From NCBI GenBank assembly GCA_021463645.1, contig JAJTYI010000004.1, positions 174,277 to 238,276 of the forward strand: DNA of 64,000 nucleotides, in the 5' to 3' direction. This DNA comes from a bacterium. Lineage in GTDB: Bacteria; Patescibacteriota; Dojkabacteria; B142; OLB20. The first letter of the stretch is position 1, and each line of letters opens with the position of its first letter. The position numbers and the translations under genes were made by a program. The notes under the pieces are model-generated. The model searched no databases. It was not told the origin of the DNA and saw only the letters and a list, made by a program, of their open reading frames with translations. Positions 28,654 through 38,210 of the stretch are shown one piece after another.

Positions 28654-30018
28654 TCAAATTCCCAAAGGGTATCTTTTACATAAAATGCTCACTTCCTTTG
28701 CAACTCTCTTTACATCCTTGTGATTTGCCACTTTAGTATTAAATTCCGTAAAATCCATATCCTGCCAATCTTTTACTACTTCCATAACTTCATTCATCCA
28801 TTTTGCGATTTGTTTCATTTCTGGTTCCCTCATACCACGAGTGGTAATCCAAGGTGTACCTACTCTCAATGCGGATGGATCTGCAGGTGGACGTTTTTCT
28901 TGAGGCATGGTGTTCATATTGGCAATTATTCCAGCATAATCTAATGCTCTCGCATACTTCTTACCAAAAAGTCCTTTGTTACTTAGGTCAATAAGCACTA
29001 GATGTTTGTCAGTCCCCCCTGTAATTATTTCAAAACCATACTGTTCAAGTTCTTTTGCCAAAACTTGTGCATTTTTCACAACTTGTTTTGCATATTTTTT
29101 GAATTCAGGAGTTAATGCTTCTTTAAGTCCCACCGCAATTCCAGCAATACTATGGTTGTGTGGTCCACCTTGAAGTCCAGGGAAAATTGCTCTGTTGATT
29201 TTCTTCATCAGATCGGCTTTACCTAAAATTATTGCTCCTCTGTTGCATCGAAGAGTTTTGTGAGTAGTCATGGTAACTACGTCAGCGTAACCTACAGGTG
29301 TGTTCATAACTCCTGCGCCTATTAAACCAGCTTCGTGAGCAATATCAGCAAGATAATAAGCTCCTACGGAGTGGGCAATTTCGGACATTCTTTTATAGTC
29401 AATATCTCTAGGATACGCAGTTCCACCTGTGATGATCATTTTTGGTTTTTCTTTTTTAGCAATTTTCTCAATTTCTTTGTAATCTAAGAGTTTTGTCTTT
29501 GGGTCGGTTTTGTACTGTACTGCTTCATAGAATTTCGAAGTAACGTTCACCTTGCGTTTCCCACCTGCATAAAACATAACATTTGGGACAAATTCTGCTG
29601 AATCGCTCTTTGGATTATATGACCATCCATGCGATAAATGACCCCCATCTGGAAGATACATTCCCATAATCTTGTCACCAGGTTTTAAAAGTCCAATATA
29701 AACTGATAGATTTGCAGGGCTTCCGGATAATGCTTGAACATTAACTTCCCAGTCTTTGGGCAATTTAAAGAACTTCTTTGCACGCTCAATTGCTAACAGC
29801 TCTAATTTATCAATGTGATAGTTACCTTCGTAATATCTTGCATTTGGATAACCCTCCGAATATTTATTCATAAAAACTGATCCAACTGCTTCACGAACTG
29901 CTTTTGAAGTGAAATTCTCGGATGGAATCATTGATAATTTCTCTTGTTGTTTTTTTTCTTCTGCCTTCAATATTTCATATACATCTTTATCTGCGGATTT
30001 GAGGTTTTTCTGTGACAT
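28654..30018 (-). CDS. glyA: Serine hydroxymethyltransferase
   Basis: 454 aa. SENFTS, YSEGYP and VTMTTHKTLR (PLP-lysine motif). Confidence 0.95.
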   Translation of the reverse strand: MSQKNLKSADKDVYEILKAEEKKQQEKLSMIPSENFTSKAVREAVGSVFMNKYSEGYPNARYYEGNYHIDKLELLAIERAKKFFKLPKDWEVNVQALSGSPANLSVYIGLLKPGDKIMGMYLPDGGHLSHGWSYNPKSDSAEFVPNVMFYAGGKRKVNVTSKFYEAVQYKTDPKTKLLDYKEIEKIAKKEKPKMIITGGTAYPRDIDYKRMSEIAHSVGAYYLADIAHEAGLIGAGVMNTPVGYADVVTMTTHKTLRCNRGAIILGKADLMKKINRAIFPGLQGGPHNHSIAGIAVGLKEALTPEFKKYAKQVVKNAQVLAKELEQYGFEIITGGTDKHLVLIDLSNKGLFGKKYARALDYAGIIANMNTMPQEKRPPADPSALRVGTPWITTRGMREPEMKQIAKWMNEVMEVVKDWQDMDFTEFNTKVANHKDVKRVAKEVSILCKRYPLGI

Positions 30019-30175
30019 GGTGAGACTAATAAAAAATTATTTAAAAATCTGTGGGGCAATAAAGCTAGTATTAAATACTATACAACAAGATATTTTGAGT
30101 TGAGAGTTTTAACATTTCATTTCTTTAAACATGAATTTATTATAGTGAATCATAAGTTTAAATAATAGTACGATG

Positions 30176-30184
30176 TGGTAAAAT
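30176..30184 (+). promoter_or_regulatory. Candidate extended -10 promoter (TGGTAAAAT)
   Basis: TGnTAAAAT, 29 nt upstream of the ATG at 30213. Confidence 0.35.
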
Positions 30185-30212
30185 CCATATTATTATTTAA
30201 ATATACATCAAA

Positions 30213-30539
30213 ATGCCTGATACCAGACCCGAACAATTTAAACATGACGATGATCCATATTATGCATGGCTTACACTTAACTTAGGTGCAAATGTCCTTA
30301 ATAATCCTGTAGACACACTCGATAAAATAAAAGACACATTTGATAATCTTTCGACTGGTCAACAAGAGGCGATTCTAGCTCAGCAAGTCGCATATGATAA
30401 AGGTTATGAAAACGGGAGCAAAGGAATAGTAATTCCAAGTTTAGAGAGTATAAAATTGGGTCAGAACCAATATCAAGCCTATATGAACGGTTATGAAGAT
30501 GGTGTAAATCGTTCAGACCCATTTGAAGATGTCAATTAG
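30213..30539 (+). CDS. Small hypothetical protein with two AYxxGYxxG (RMF-like) motifs
   Basis: 108 aa, with AYDKGYENGSKG and AYMNGYEDGVNR. Confidence 0.5.
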   Translation: MPDTRPEQFKHDDDPYYAWLTLNLGANVLNNPVDTLDKIKDTFDNLSTGQQEAILAQQVAYDKGYENGSKGIVIPSLESIKLGQNQYQAYMNGYEDGVNRSDPFEDVN

Positions 30540-30615
30540 GTCTATTTTTCCGTGCACTGAGAATTCTGTAGTTTAGGAAATCCTAACAATTACTTTATTT
30601 TAAAACTTGTAATAT

Positions 30616-30840
30616 ATGGAATCGAATACTGAAAAGCCTGATGTTGAGTCGACATATGATATTCTTCTGGCTGAACTCATATTAGGTGTCTTGGGTAATT
30701 CTAAAGTATCTTTTTATACTAATAATAGATTGGTGGGATGGGTAGCACCTCAAGCTGAGGGGAGCAATGGAGTTAAAAAAACAAATTCAGGAGAATCCGA
30801 TGGATCACCGAACGTTTCAACATATTTTCCTAAAGTTTGA
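30616..30840 (+). CDS. Small hypothetical protein
   Basis: 74-aa ORF between two other small + strand ORFs. No motif found. Confidence 0.35.
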   Translation: MESNTEKPDVESTYDILLAELILGVLGNSKVSFYTNNRLVGWVAPQAEGSNGVKKTNSGESDGSPNVSTYFPKV

Positions 30841-30865
30841 ATTAATTTAAAAAATATATAATTAA

Positions 30866-31168
30866 ATGAGTCTTGAATCAGGATATAGCTTTAATCCAGA
30901 ATATATAATTTCAAATTATTGGGAAACTGCATTGAGAAACTTCCCTAGTCAATTACTTTATTCAGATGATAGGCCAATAACATTAGCAGAAACATTAAAA
31001 GAATATAATTTAAAATCCATATACTATGCAGGCTGTGAAGGATATTATCTTAATATTTCAGGTTATGCATATGGTGATCACGACAATCCATATTTAAGCT
31101 TAGCCTATAAGCAAGGATGGCAGGATGCGGATATGGCTGAGCGAGCAAAACGGCATGGGAAAATTTGA
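30866..31168 (+). CDS. Small hypothetical protein with GY/GW (RMF-like) motifs
   Basis: 100 aa, with AGCEGYYLNISG and AYKQGWQDADMA. Confidence 0.5.
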   Translation: MSLESGYSFNPEYIISNYWETALRNFPSQLLYSDDRPITLAETLKEYNLKSIYYAGCEGYYLNISGYAYGDHDNPYLSLAYKQGWQDADMAERAKRHGKI

Positions 31169-31223
31169 AAATCTTTTATAGTTATTCTTAAAGATACTGA
31201 CTCTACCCAACCCTCATTAATTC

Positions 31224-31232
31224 TGCTAGAAT
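31224..31232 (+). promoter_or_regulatory. Candidate extended -10 promoter (TGCTAGAAT)
   Basis: Located 26 nt upstream of the TTG start at 31258. Confidence 0.35.
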
Positions 31233-31257
31233 CCATAGATATTAGGTTTTAATTCTT

Positions 31258-32556
31258 TTGAAAAAAGTCGCAATCATAGGTGGAGGTATTCTTGGACTGA
31301 CACTCGCCTATGAACTCTCACATAAAGGTTTCAAAGTAACGATTATTGAGAAGAACTCAGATTGGGGAGGATTGGCTTCTGGTTTCAAGATAGGTGATAC
31401 TTACATTGAAAAATATTATCATCACTGGTTCAGAAGCGATCACGATATCCAGGAATTAATCAAAGAACTCGGACTTGAGCACAAAATGTATTTCCCTGCT
31501 AGCTCTATGGGTATATATATCGATGGGGAATTACATAGCTTTTCTGGAAGTATTGATTTGCTCAAATTCAAACCACTAAATATTTTCAACAGAATTAGAG
31601 CTGGAGTTGTATCACTCTATCTTTCAAAATCAAAATACAAAAGAAGTTACGAAAAAATCAAAGCAATCGATTGGGCGAGGAAGTATTTTGGCAAACAAGC
31701 AACTGAGATTATCTGGGAACCACTCCTGGTAGGGAAGTTCGGCAAAAAGTATAAAGATATCTCTATGAGTTGGCTTTGGGCTAGAATTCATGATAGAGCG
31801 AGTTCAAGGCCGAATCCAATAGGTAAGGAGTATCTTGGATACATGGATGGGGGTTTTCAGCTACTAATTGATACATTGGTACACAAACTTCAAGAATTCG
31901 AAGTAAAATTAGTTAATAATACCACGATTGAGTCATATAGAAAGGTTGAGAACAAACACGAGATTAACTTTGATGGGAAAACCGAGAAATTTGATATTGT
32001 AGTAAGTACAATCCCGGGACCTATTTTTAATAAATTATTCCCTGTTAACAACGAATTCAAGAGAAGTGTAGATAATATTAAATATATTGGCGCTACCTGT
32101 ATGATTTTGGAGTTGTCGGAAAGCATTACGCCTTACTACTGGTTAAACATAAATGACAAAAAAGCTCCATTCTTAGCACTTGTAGAACATACAAATTTTG
32201 TTGAAAAACAGAAATACGATGATAAAATCATAGTGTACATTGCAAAGTATGTTGACCCAGAGGATGCGTTGTTCAAGAAATCCGAAGAAGAGTTATTTGA
32301 TTTATATTGTGAATATTTGCCCAAGATAAACGATAAATTTGATAAGAGTTGGGTGACTGATAGGCATTTCTTCAAGTCGCCTTACGCACAACATGTTGTA
32401 ACGACAGATTACAAAATGCCAGAATACGATACAAATATTGAAGGTTTGTATTATGCGAACTTTACACAAATTTTTCCGCATGATCGTGGTACGAACTATG
32501 CGGTTGAACAAGCCAAATTATTATCTAAGTTAATTGATTCAAAACATGGAGATTAA
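31258..32556 (+). CDS. FAD/NAD(P)-binding oxidoreductase (amine oxidase/protoporphyrinogen oxidase-like)
   Basis: 432 aa. N-terminal dinucleotide fold VAIIGGGILGLTLAYELSHKGFKVTIIEKNSDWGGLA. TTG start. Confidence 0.82.
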   Translation: MKKVAIIGGGILGLTLAYELSHKGFKVTIIEKNSDWGGLASGFKIGDTYIEKYYHHWFRSDHDIQELIKELGLEHKMYFPASSMGIYIDGELHSFSGSIDLLKFKPLNIFNRIRAGVVSLYLSKSKYKRSYEKIKAIDWARKYFGKQATEIIWEPLLVGKFGKKYKDISMSWLWARIHDRASSRPNPIGKEYLGYMDGGFQLLIDTLVHKLQEFEVKLVNNTTIESYRKVENKHEINFDGKTEKFDIVVSTIPGPIFNKLFPVNNEFKRSVDNIKYIGATCMILELSESITPYYWLNINDKKAPFLALVEHTNFVEKQKYDDKIIVYIAKYVDPEDALFKKSEEELFDLYCEYLPKINDKFDKSWVTDRHFFKSPYAQHVVTTDYKMPEYDTNIEGLYYANFTQIFPHDRGTNYAVEQAKLLSKLIDSKHGD

Positions 32557-34615
32557 AATTTTTCTCATTTGGTATTTATTGATGTTCGCTTTTGGCATTA
32601 TTGGGTTACCAATTACTTCATACATATTTAAAAACTGGAAAGACAAAGGTTATGCTTTTAGTAAATTCATCGGATTGTTCTCTTTTGGTATTGTTTGGTG
32701 GTTTCTTTCTGCAATCAAAATCCTACCATATACACAATATGTAGGCTGGGCACTTTTTGTTTTAGCAATTGCAGGGTCACTTTATTGGATTTACAGGACC
32801 AAATTCAAAATTACGAAATACATGATAATTGAAGAGTTCCTTTTTCTTGGAACTATATTAATTTGGACATATATCAGATCTTTTAATCCACGAGCAGAAG
32901 GTACAGAAAAGATGATGAATCTTGCTTTTATGAACTCTATCAATCGTACGGAGAATTTTCCTCCGTTAGACCCTTGGTTAGCACAAGGTGGAAATATTAA
33001 TTATTACTATATCGGTCACTATCTATTTGCAATTATTGGCAAACTCGGGAATATATCAATGAGTTATGTTTACAATTACGCATTGGTCACGATTATTGCA
33101 CAGACTTTTACTGGTCTTTTCGGAGTGTTTATGGAATTATTCAAAAAAGGGAGAGAATGGATCAAGATTACTTTTGCATTACTAGGCGCTACTTGGATAT
33201 CTTATGCAGGAAACCTTCATATGGCTTACAACTGGTTTGCATCTTATTTCAAAGGGGAGGCCTTCACTTATTTTTTCCCTGATTCTACTAGAATCATCGA
33301 GTTTACAATCAACGAATACCCGGCATATAGCATAGTGTTAGGTGATGTTCATGGGCATTATTTGGCACTACCTTTTCTAGTTATTGTTATTGCACTTGCA
33401 ATGGTTGCTTTAACCAAGAAGATCGGTACGAAGTCCAAAATCAAATTCAATCTAATAATTTCACCCTTGATCATCGGGCTCTATGGAATCAATAGTTGGG
33501 ATATGATAACTGCATTGTTTATATTTACGCTCATACATTTATATCAGACAGTGGGTTTGAAGGAAGTACTAGAAATTAAAATTAAATATTTTTTAATAGC
33601 CGAAGCCACGCTTCTCTTTCCTGGGTTGATTCTTATGCTACCCTACATAATTAATTACAGTCCAGCCGTTGGTCCAGAAGGTGGTTTTCCTGTTGGTATA
33701 GTACCGTTTAGAACGAAGAGTGCACCATTGCCATGGATGCAATTCTGGTTCCAGTTCTTGATTGCCCCGTTCTTGTTCATGATTGCCTTGTGGTTGAAAA
33801 TTATCAAAGAGAGCGCACTGAAGTTGTTTCCTGTTTTACTGACAATCACTGCGATTTCATTAATAATCGGTGTTGAGTTTTTCTACATAAAAGACATCTT
33901 CGATGCTTCCAATAAACCATATTTCAGAACTAATACTGTTTTCAAATTTTATTACCATGCATGGGTAATTTTCGGAGTTGCAGCAGTGAGTTACATTTTT
34001 GCGATACTAAACGCAGAAGCAGTGAAAACAAAATCCAAACTAAAGAAATTCCAAACTCCATACAAATATTTTGTATTCTCAATATCTTCACTAATTTTCA
34101 TAATGACTTTTGTCTATATCTTCGTGGCAGTTGACGATTTCTACCCCACAGACAACAAAGAAATTCAGCAAACAATGGACGGAATTGACTACATCCGAAA
34201 AGAAAAACCCTCAGACTACAAGGCTATCACTTGGTTAAGGCAAAACATTGAAGGACAGCCAGTGATACTTGAAGAAGTTGGTGATGCTTATACTTATTCG
34301 GCAAGAATTTCATCCACAACTGGATTACCTACGGTAATGGGGTGGCCCACACATGAGTGGCAATGGAGAGGTACATCTGAGGAGGCGTTTAAAAGGAAAG
34401 CTGAGGTTGAGAGTTTTTATAATGGGACGGTAACCGACGAAGCTTACAAAGAATTTTTGTCGAGATATAAAGTTGAATTAATTTTCGTAGGGAACAAAGA
34501 AAGAGAAAGCTATTCACAGATTGACGAAGAAAGGATAAAAAGCTACGGTGAAGTAATTTATGATGAAACAGATACTTTCATAGTCAGGGTTGATGATTCG
34601 TATCTTGAAAGCTAA
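32546..34615 (+). CDS. DUF2298 (Chlor_Arch_YYY) polytopic membrane protein, glycosyltransferase-39-like
   Basis: About 690 aa with more than 12 TM helices. GGNINYYYIGHYL is the eponymous YYY motif; a C-terminal soluble domain follows. ORF is open from 32534 (TTG); ATG at 32546. Confidence 0.8.
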   Translation: MEIKIFLIWYLLMFAFGIIGLPITSYIFKNWKDKGYAFSKFIGLFSFGIVWWFLSAIKILPYTQYVGWALFVLAIAGSLYWIYRTKFKITKYMIIEEFLFLGTILIWTYIRSFNPRAEGTEKMMNLAFMNSINRTENFPPLDPWLAQGGNINYYYIGHYLFAIIGKLGNISMSYVYNYALVTIIAQTFTGLFGVFMELFKKGREWIKITFALLGATWISYAGNLHMAYNWFASYFKGEAFTYFFPDSTRIIEFTINEYPAYSIVLGDVHGHYLALPFLVIVIALAMVALTKKIGTKSKIKFNLIISPLIIGLYGINSWDMITALFIFTLIHLYQTVGLKEVLEIKIKYFLIAEATLLFPGLILMLPYIINYSPAVGPEGGFPVGIVPFRTKSAPLPWMQFWFQFLIAPFLFMIALWLKIIKESALKLFPVLLTITAISLIIGVEFFYIKDIFDASNKPYFRTNTVFKFYYHAWVIFGVAAVSYIFAILNAEAVKTKSKLKKFQTPYKYFVFSISSLIFIMTFVYIFVAVDDFYPTDNKEIQQTMDGIDYIRKEKPSDYKAITWLRQNIEGQPVILEEVGDAYTYSARISSTTGLPTVMGWPTHEWQWRGTSEEAFKRKAEVESFYNGTVTDEAYKEFLSRYKVELIFVGNKERESYSQIDEERIKSYGEVIYDETDTFIVRVDDSYLES

Positions 34616-35459
34616 GAAATGCATCATATGTGTTTTGCATTAACATTGCCACACCCAGAGGTCCGATCCCTCCAGGTACTGGTGTAAGCCATGAAGCTTT
34701 TTCTTGGACTGCTTCTACCTCAACATCTCCAGTAACTATACCATTAACAATAGAATAGCCAGAGTCAATTATTATGACATCTTGTTTCAGGTTACTACTA
34801 TTTTGAAGAGTGATAATTTTATTCCCTGTAGCTGTGACTATGATATCGGCATTTTGTAAATATTTCTCCAAATTTTTTGTTTTTGAGTGCGCAAGGGTGA
34901 CGGTTGCATCAAGGTTGAGTAGTCTACCAGCTAAAGGTCTACCAATAAGTATATTATGGTTGATAACTAGCACGTTTTTACCAGTCAGGAATTCTGAGAG
35001 AGATTCACCGTAACTTTTTGAAATATGCTCGATTGCATACATAATTGCTTTCGGAGTTGCTCCTAGGAATTCTTGTGATTCGTTGTGCCAGATTTTCCCC
35101 AGACTGTTACTTGTCAAGCCATCAACATCTTTCTGCGGATCGATTAACTCGAGAAGTGGTTTTACTTCACTACCTGGTGTTGGTAGTTGAAGAATTATCC
35201 CATGCACAGTTTTGTCGTCGTTTAGTTCTTCAATCTTTGAGCTAACAAAAGCGAAGTCACCTGTCTGGTATTTGTAAACGTCAATATCAATACCTATTTC
35301 TTTCCCAACCTTTTCTTTGATTGATACATATACATTGCTTGGCTTTTCATCACCAATTTGAATTATTGCTAATCGTGGTTTTTCTGAAAGCTCAGATAAT
35401 TTCACTTTTATGTCTTCGAGTAAATTATTTGATAATTGTTTTCCTTGTAATAGTTGCAT
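34584..35459 (-). CDS. folD: Bifunctional methylenetetrahydrofolate dehydrogenase/methenyl-THF cyclohydrolase
   Basis: 291 aa. VYVSIKEK, HGIILQLP, VINHNILIGRPLA and PVPGGIGPLGVAML. Confidence 0.93.
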   Translation of the reverse strand: MQLLQGKQLSNNLLEDIKVKLSELSEKPRLAIIQIGDEKPSNVYVSIKEKVGKEIGIDIDVYKYQTGDFAFVSSKIEELNDDKTVHGIILQLPTPGSEVKPLLELIDPQKDVDGLTSNSLGKIWHNESQEFLGATPKAIMYAIEHISKSYGESLSEFLTGKNVLVINHNILIGRPLAGRLLNLDATVTLAHSKTKNLEKYLQNADIIVTATGNKIITLQNSSNLKQDVIIIDSGYSIVNGIVTGDVEVEAVQEKASWLTPVPGGIGPLGVAMLMQNTYDAFLSFQDTNHQP

Positions 35460-35568
35460 CGGATTTGAAATTTATAGGCAATTATAACTTATTCTACAAA
35501 CTAATTAAAAAACTGTTTACTTCTTACAAAGTTTTAGATAAATTGTTTATAGTATTTCACATTTATAA

Positions 35569-36015
35569 ATGGATAAAAATAAAAAAGCAATTATAGGTAC
35601 AATATTTGCTATTACTTCTTTGTTAGCAGGATTATCCATTTATGTTAGTTGGGAGTTACGAAGAGATCTCGCACCAGAAGATACTTCTGCAGATGTAGGA
35701 ACACCTGTCCCATCAGTAATAGAACCTACTAAAGATATTGATAAAAAGAAAGAACCTACAAAAGTCCCTCCTACTAAAGTTCCACCTACCAAAGTCCCTC
35801 CTACAACCGTTCCAGTAACCTCAGCACCTGGTGTTACCAGACCAGCTGGTGGAGGTGGAGGGGTTATCGCTACACCTGTTCCATCTGGTCCGTTACCATC
35901 AACTGCTCTTGTGAATGATAGGGTTGATACATTGATTTTTGGATCATTGTTAATGATGGCAGGGATGATACTCTATCGAAAATACTTCTCCTTCGGTAAT
36001 AAACACCAAACGTAA
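35569..36015 (+). CDS. Pro/Thr-rich surface protein with LPSTA sortase-type C-terminal sorting signal
   Basis: 148 aa. N-terminal TM/signal, KVPPT x3 repeat, then LPSTA, a hydrophobic stretch (LIFGSLLMMAGMILY) and a basic tail (RKY). Confidence 0.6.
   Translation: MDKNKKAIIGTIFAITSLLAGLSIYVSWELRRDLAPEDTSADVGTPVPSVIEPTKDIDKKKEPTKVPPTKVPPTKVPPTTVPVTSAPGVTRPAGGGGGVIATPVPSGPLPSTALVNDRVDTLIFGSLLMMAGMILYRKYFSFGNKHQT
35761..35805 (+). repeat. 15-nt coding tandem repeat x3 (KVPPT)
   Basis: AAAGTCCCTCCTACT / AAAGTTCCACCTACC / AAAGTCCCTCCTACA. Confidence 0.8.
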
Positions 36016-36031
36016 AATATCAACAATTATC

Positions 36032-36040
36032 TGCTATACT
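36032..36040 (+). promoter_or_regulatory. Candidate extended -10 promoter (TGCTATACT) for ccdA
   Basis: Located 25 nt upstream of the ATG at 36065. Confidence 0.4.
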
Positions 36041-36064
36041 TGTCATTGTTTTATATGATTAACA

Positions 36065-36805
36065 ATGGATTTTAGTCTAATAATTCCATCATTTATCGCC
36101 GGTTTGGCAAGTTTCATAATGCCATGTACTTTTCCACTGGTACCTAGTTTCATTGCATTTGTAAGTGGAGGAAAAAAGTTAGGTGAGGATAGTTTATCCT
36201 CGAGAGACCAAAAAGTACGTACTCTAATTAATTCCCTGACATTTATTTTGGGGTTTAGTTTAGTCTTTATATTTTTTGGAATAATTGCCGGTTTGATAGG
36301 TAATCATCTTGGTCAGTATAGGATTGTACTCGGTAAAGTTGGTGGAATCATTATTATCGTTTTTGGATTGCTACTTATGGATGTAATCAAAATCAAATCT
36401 TTACAGCAATCTTTTAAGATTTCACTTCCAAAGGTTTTAATGCCTGGTACACCAGGAAGTTCTTTCTTAGTTGGTTCTTCAATAGGCTTGGGTTGGTCTC
36501 CATGTATAGGACCAATATTAGGTTCGGTGCTTTTGTTAGCTTCAACATCATCTACAGTATGGCAAGGGGCAATTCTACTAATCTTCTTCTCGATTGGTTT
36601 AGGGATTCCGTTTTTTCTTACTGCGTTATTTGGTGTTTCAATTTTGGGCAAATTTAACCGTAGAAAAAATTTATTGAAATACGTAAATATAATCGGAGGA
36701 ATACTCTTAGTATTACTCGGGTTAATGCAATTAACTGATAAACTCAGCTTATTTATTGGAAAACTTTATCAGATAAACTCATCCTCATTGTTAGAATTTC
36801 TATAA
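36065..36805 (+). CDS. ccdA: Cytochrome c biogenesis/thiol-disulfide transfer protein CcdA (DsbD-beta family)
   Basis: 246 aa, 6 TM helices. FIMPCTFPLVP and WSPCIGPILG, the two conserved Cys-Pro motifs. Confidence 0.88.
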   Translation: MDFSLIIPSFIAGLASFIMPCTFPLVPSFIAFVSGGKKLGEDSLSSRDQKVRTLINSLTFILGFSLVFIFFGIIAGLIGNHLGQYRIVLGKVGGIIIIVFGLLLMDVIKIKSLQQSFKISLPKVLMPGTPGSSFLVGSSIGLGWSPCIGPILGSVLLLASTSSTVWQGAILLIFFSIGLGIPFFLTALFGVSILGKFNRRKNLLKYVNIIGGILLVLLGLMQLTDKLSLFIGKLYQINSSSLLEFL

Positions 36806-36885
36806 AAAGTGTGATTTTCTTGCACAAATCACGTTTAAATGACTAGACTCAAAAAAAACTGAGTTTTTTTATTGTAAAAGAGTAA

Positions 36886-37857
36886 ATGAGTAAAATTATA
36901 AAAATCGGCTTAATACTTCCATTCTTAACCTTAATAGCACTAATCTCAATTAGTTATACTTTCTATGGAGAGCTGTTTTTGAGTTTTTTGCCTTATGCCG
37001 TAGGAATATATTTGGTGTATATGATTACATTCACTATCTTATTAGTTGCAAGTGGAGCCGATATCAAACGTGCAAATACTTACTGGGTTAATTGGTTTTT
37101 TGTTTTTATGATATTCCTTGGAATATTTTCTTTTTATTTTGATCTGGGTGTTAGTGCTGCTGATGAGAATTCCAAATCTCTGAAAGTTGTCAGTGCTAAT
37201 ATTTGGTACAAAAACAACGAAATCGATGAAATGAAAAATTTCTTGGAAAATGAAGACGCAGACATCGTAATGTTGACGGAATTTACAAATACACATTATG
37301 AGGCGCTACGAGATTATTTCGATATTAATTACAAATACCAAAGCCTCAGAATAGATGATTTAAGCTTTCCCTACACAGGGAAAGTTGTTTTTAGTAGATA
37401 CCCACTAACAAATTATTCTGAGGGGAAAAATAAGTTTGATGAACTATTTCTAAGGAGTAGCGTGGAAGTTGATGGGAAGAATCTTAATTTAGTAATGGTA
37501 CATACAACTGCACCTGTAAATGTGAGTTATTACAACAGCCGAAATGCTCAGTTAGAATATCTTAAAACGGATGTGATTACAGAAACCAGTCAAAACACTT
37601 TGTTAACGGGTGATTTTAATGTTTCTCCTTGGTCTCCAAGATTTCTCGAAGTCAATAGGTATCTAAATAATCTCTCTATGGACAGAGTGCGTACAAATGA
37701 ATTCGACTACACCTGGGAATATCAAGGTAACGATTTCTTCAAATCCCACATAGACCACACCTACACTTCGGAAGGGCTAACCACAACTTCCTACGAATAC
37801 AAAGACTTCCCCGGTTCAGACCACAAAGCTCAAGTTTTCACTCTTGCTTTCGAATAA
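36886..37857 (+). CDS. Endonuclease/exonuclease/phosphatase (EEP) family protein with N-terminal membrane anchor
   Basis: 323 aa. 3 TM helices, then VVSANIW, DIVMLTEF, GDFN and GSDHKA motifs. Confidence 0.82.
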   Translation: MSKIIKIGLILPFLTLIALISISYTFYGELFLSFLPYAVGIYLVYMITFTILLVASGADIKRANTYWVNWFFVFMIFLGIFSFYFDLGVSAADENSKSLKVVSANIWYKNNEIDEMKNFLENEDADIVMLTEFTNTHYEALRDYFDINYKYQSLRIDDLSFPYTGKVVFSRYPLTNYSEGKNKFDELFLRSSVEVDGKNLNLVMVHTTAPVNVSYYNSRNAQLEYLKTDVITETSQNTLLTGDFNVSPWSPRFLEVNRYLNNLSMDRVRTNEFDYTWEYQGNDFFKSHIDHTYTSEGLTTTSYEYKDFPGSDHKAQVFTLAFE

Positions 37858-38183
37858 CCACTCAAGGAAATATTATCTTTCCAAAATTCAATAATAAGAT
37901 AAGGTAGTAAAGCAAAAGATCCAACAAACAAAATTGCAAAAGCAAATATTATTCTATATTTCTCTTTTCCTGTGAGAATCACCCAAAAGGCAACTAAAGT
38001 GGCAAGAATTCCAATATCTAGAAACATGGCTCTGGAAAAACCACTATTCTGAAGGGATCTCAATACTCCAATATCTGGCCCGAAGAAACCAGTCTCTTCA
38101 AGTATTGCGTAGATGATTAGAAATATATAAGCTAAGCCTAGTATAATTGCTATCTGTCTATTTTTATTAAGTTTAATTTTCAT
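37830..38183 (-). CDS. Small membrane protein, unknown function
   Basis: 117 aa with 4 hydrophobic helices. Confidence 0.55.
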   Translation of the reverse strand: MKIKLNKNRQIAIILGLAYIFLIIYAILEETGFFGPDIGVLRSLQNSGFSRAMFLDIGILATLVAFWVILTGKEKYRIIFAFAILFVGSFALLPYLIIEFWKDNISLSGYSKARVKT

Positions 38184-38210
38184 TGGTTATTAATTATTAC
38201 AAATTTTGTC

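Noticed and set aside
36806-36885. Weak hairpins after ccdA (GTGATTT..AAATCAC; ACTCA-A8-TGAGT plus T-run) as a terminator
   Set aside because: The stems are only 5-7 bp and AT-rich, and the stability is doubtful, so this is not reported as a feature.
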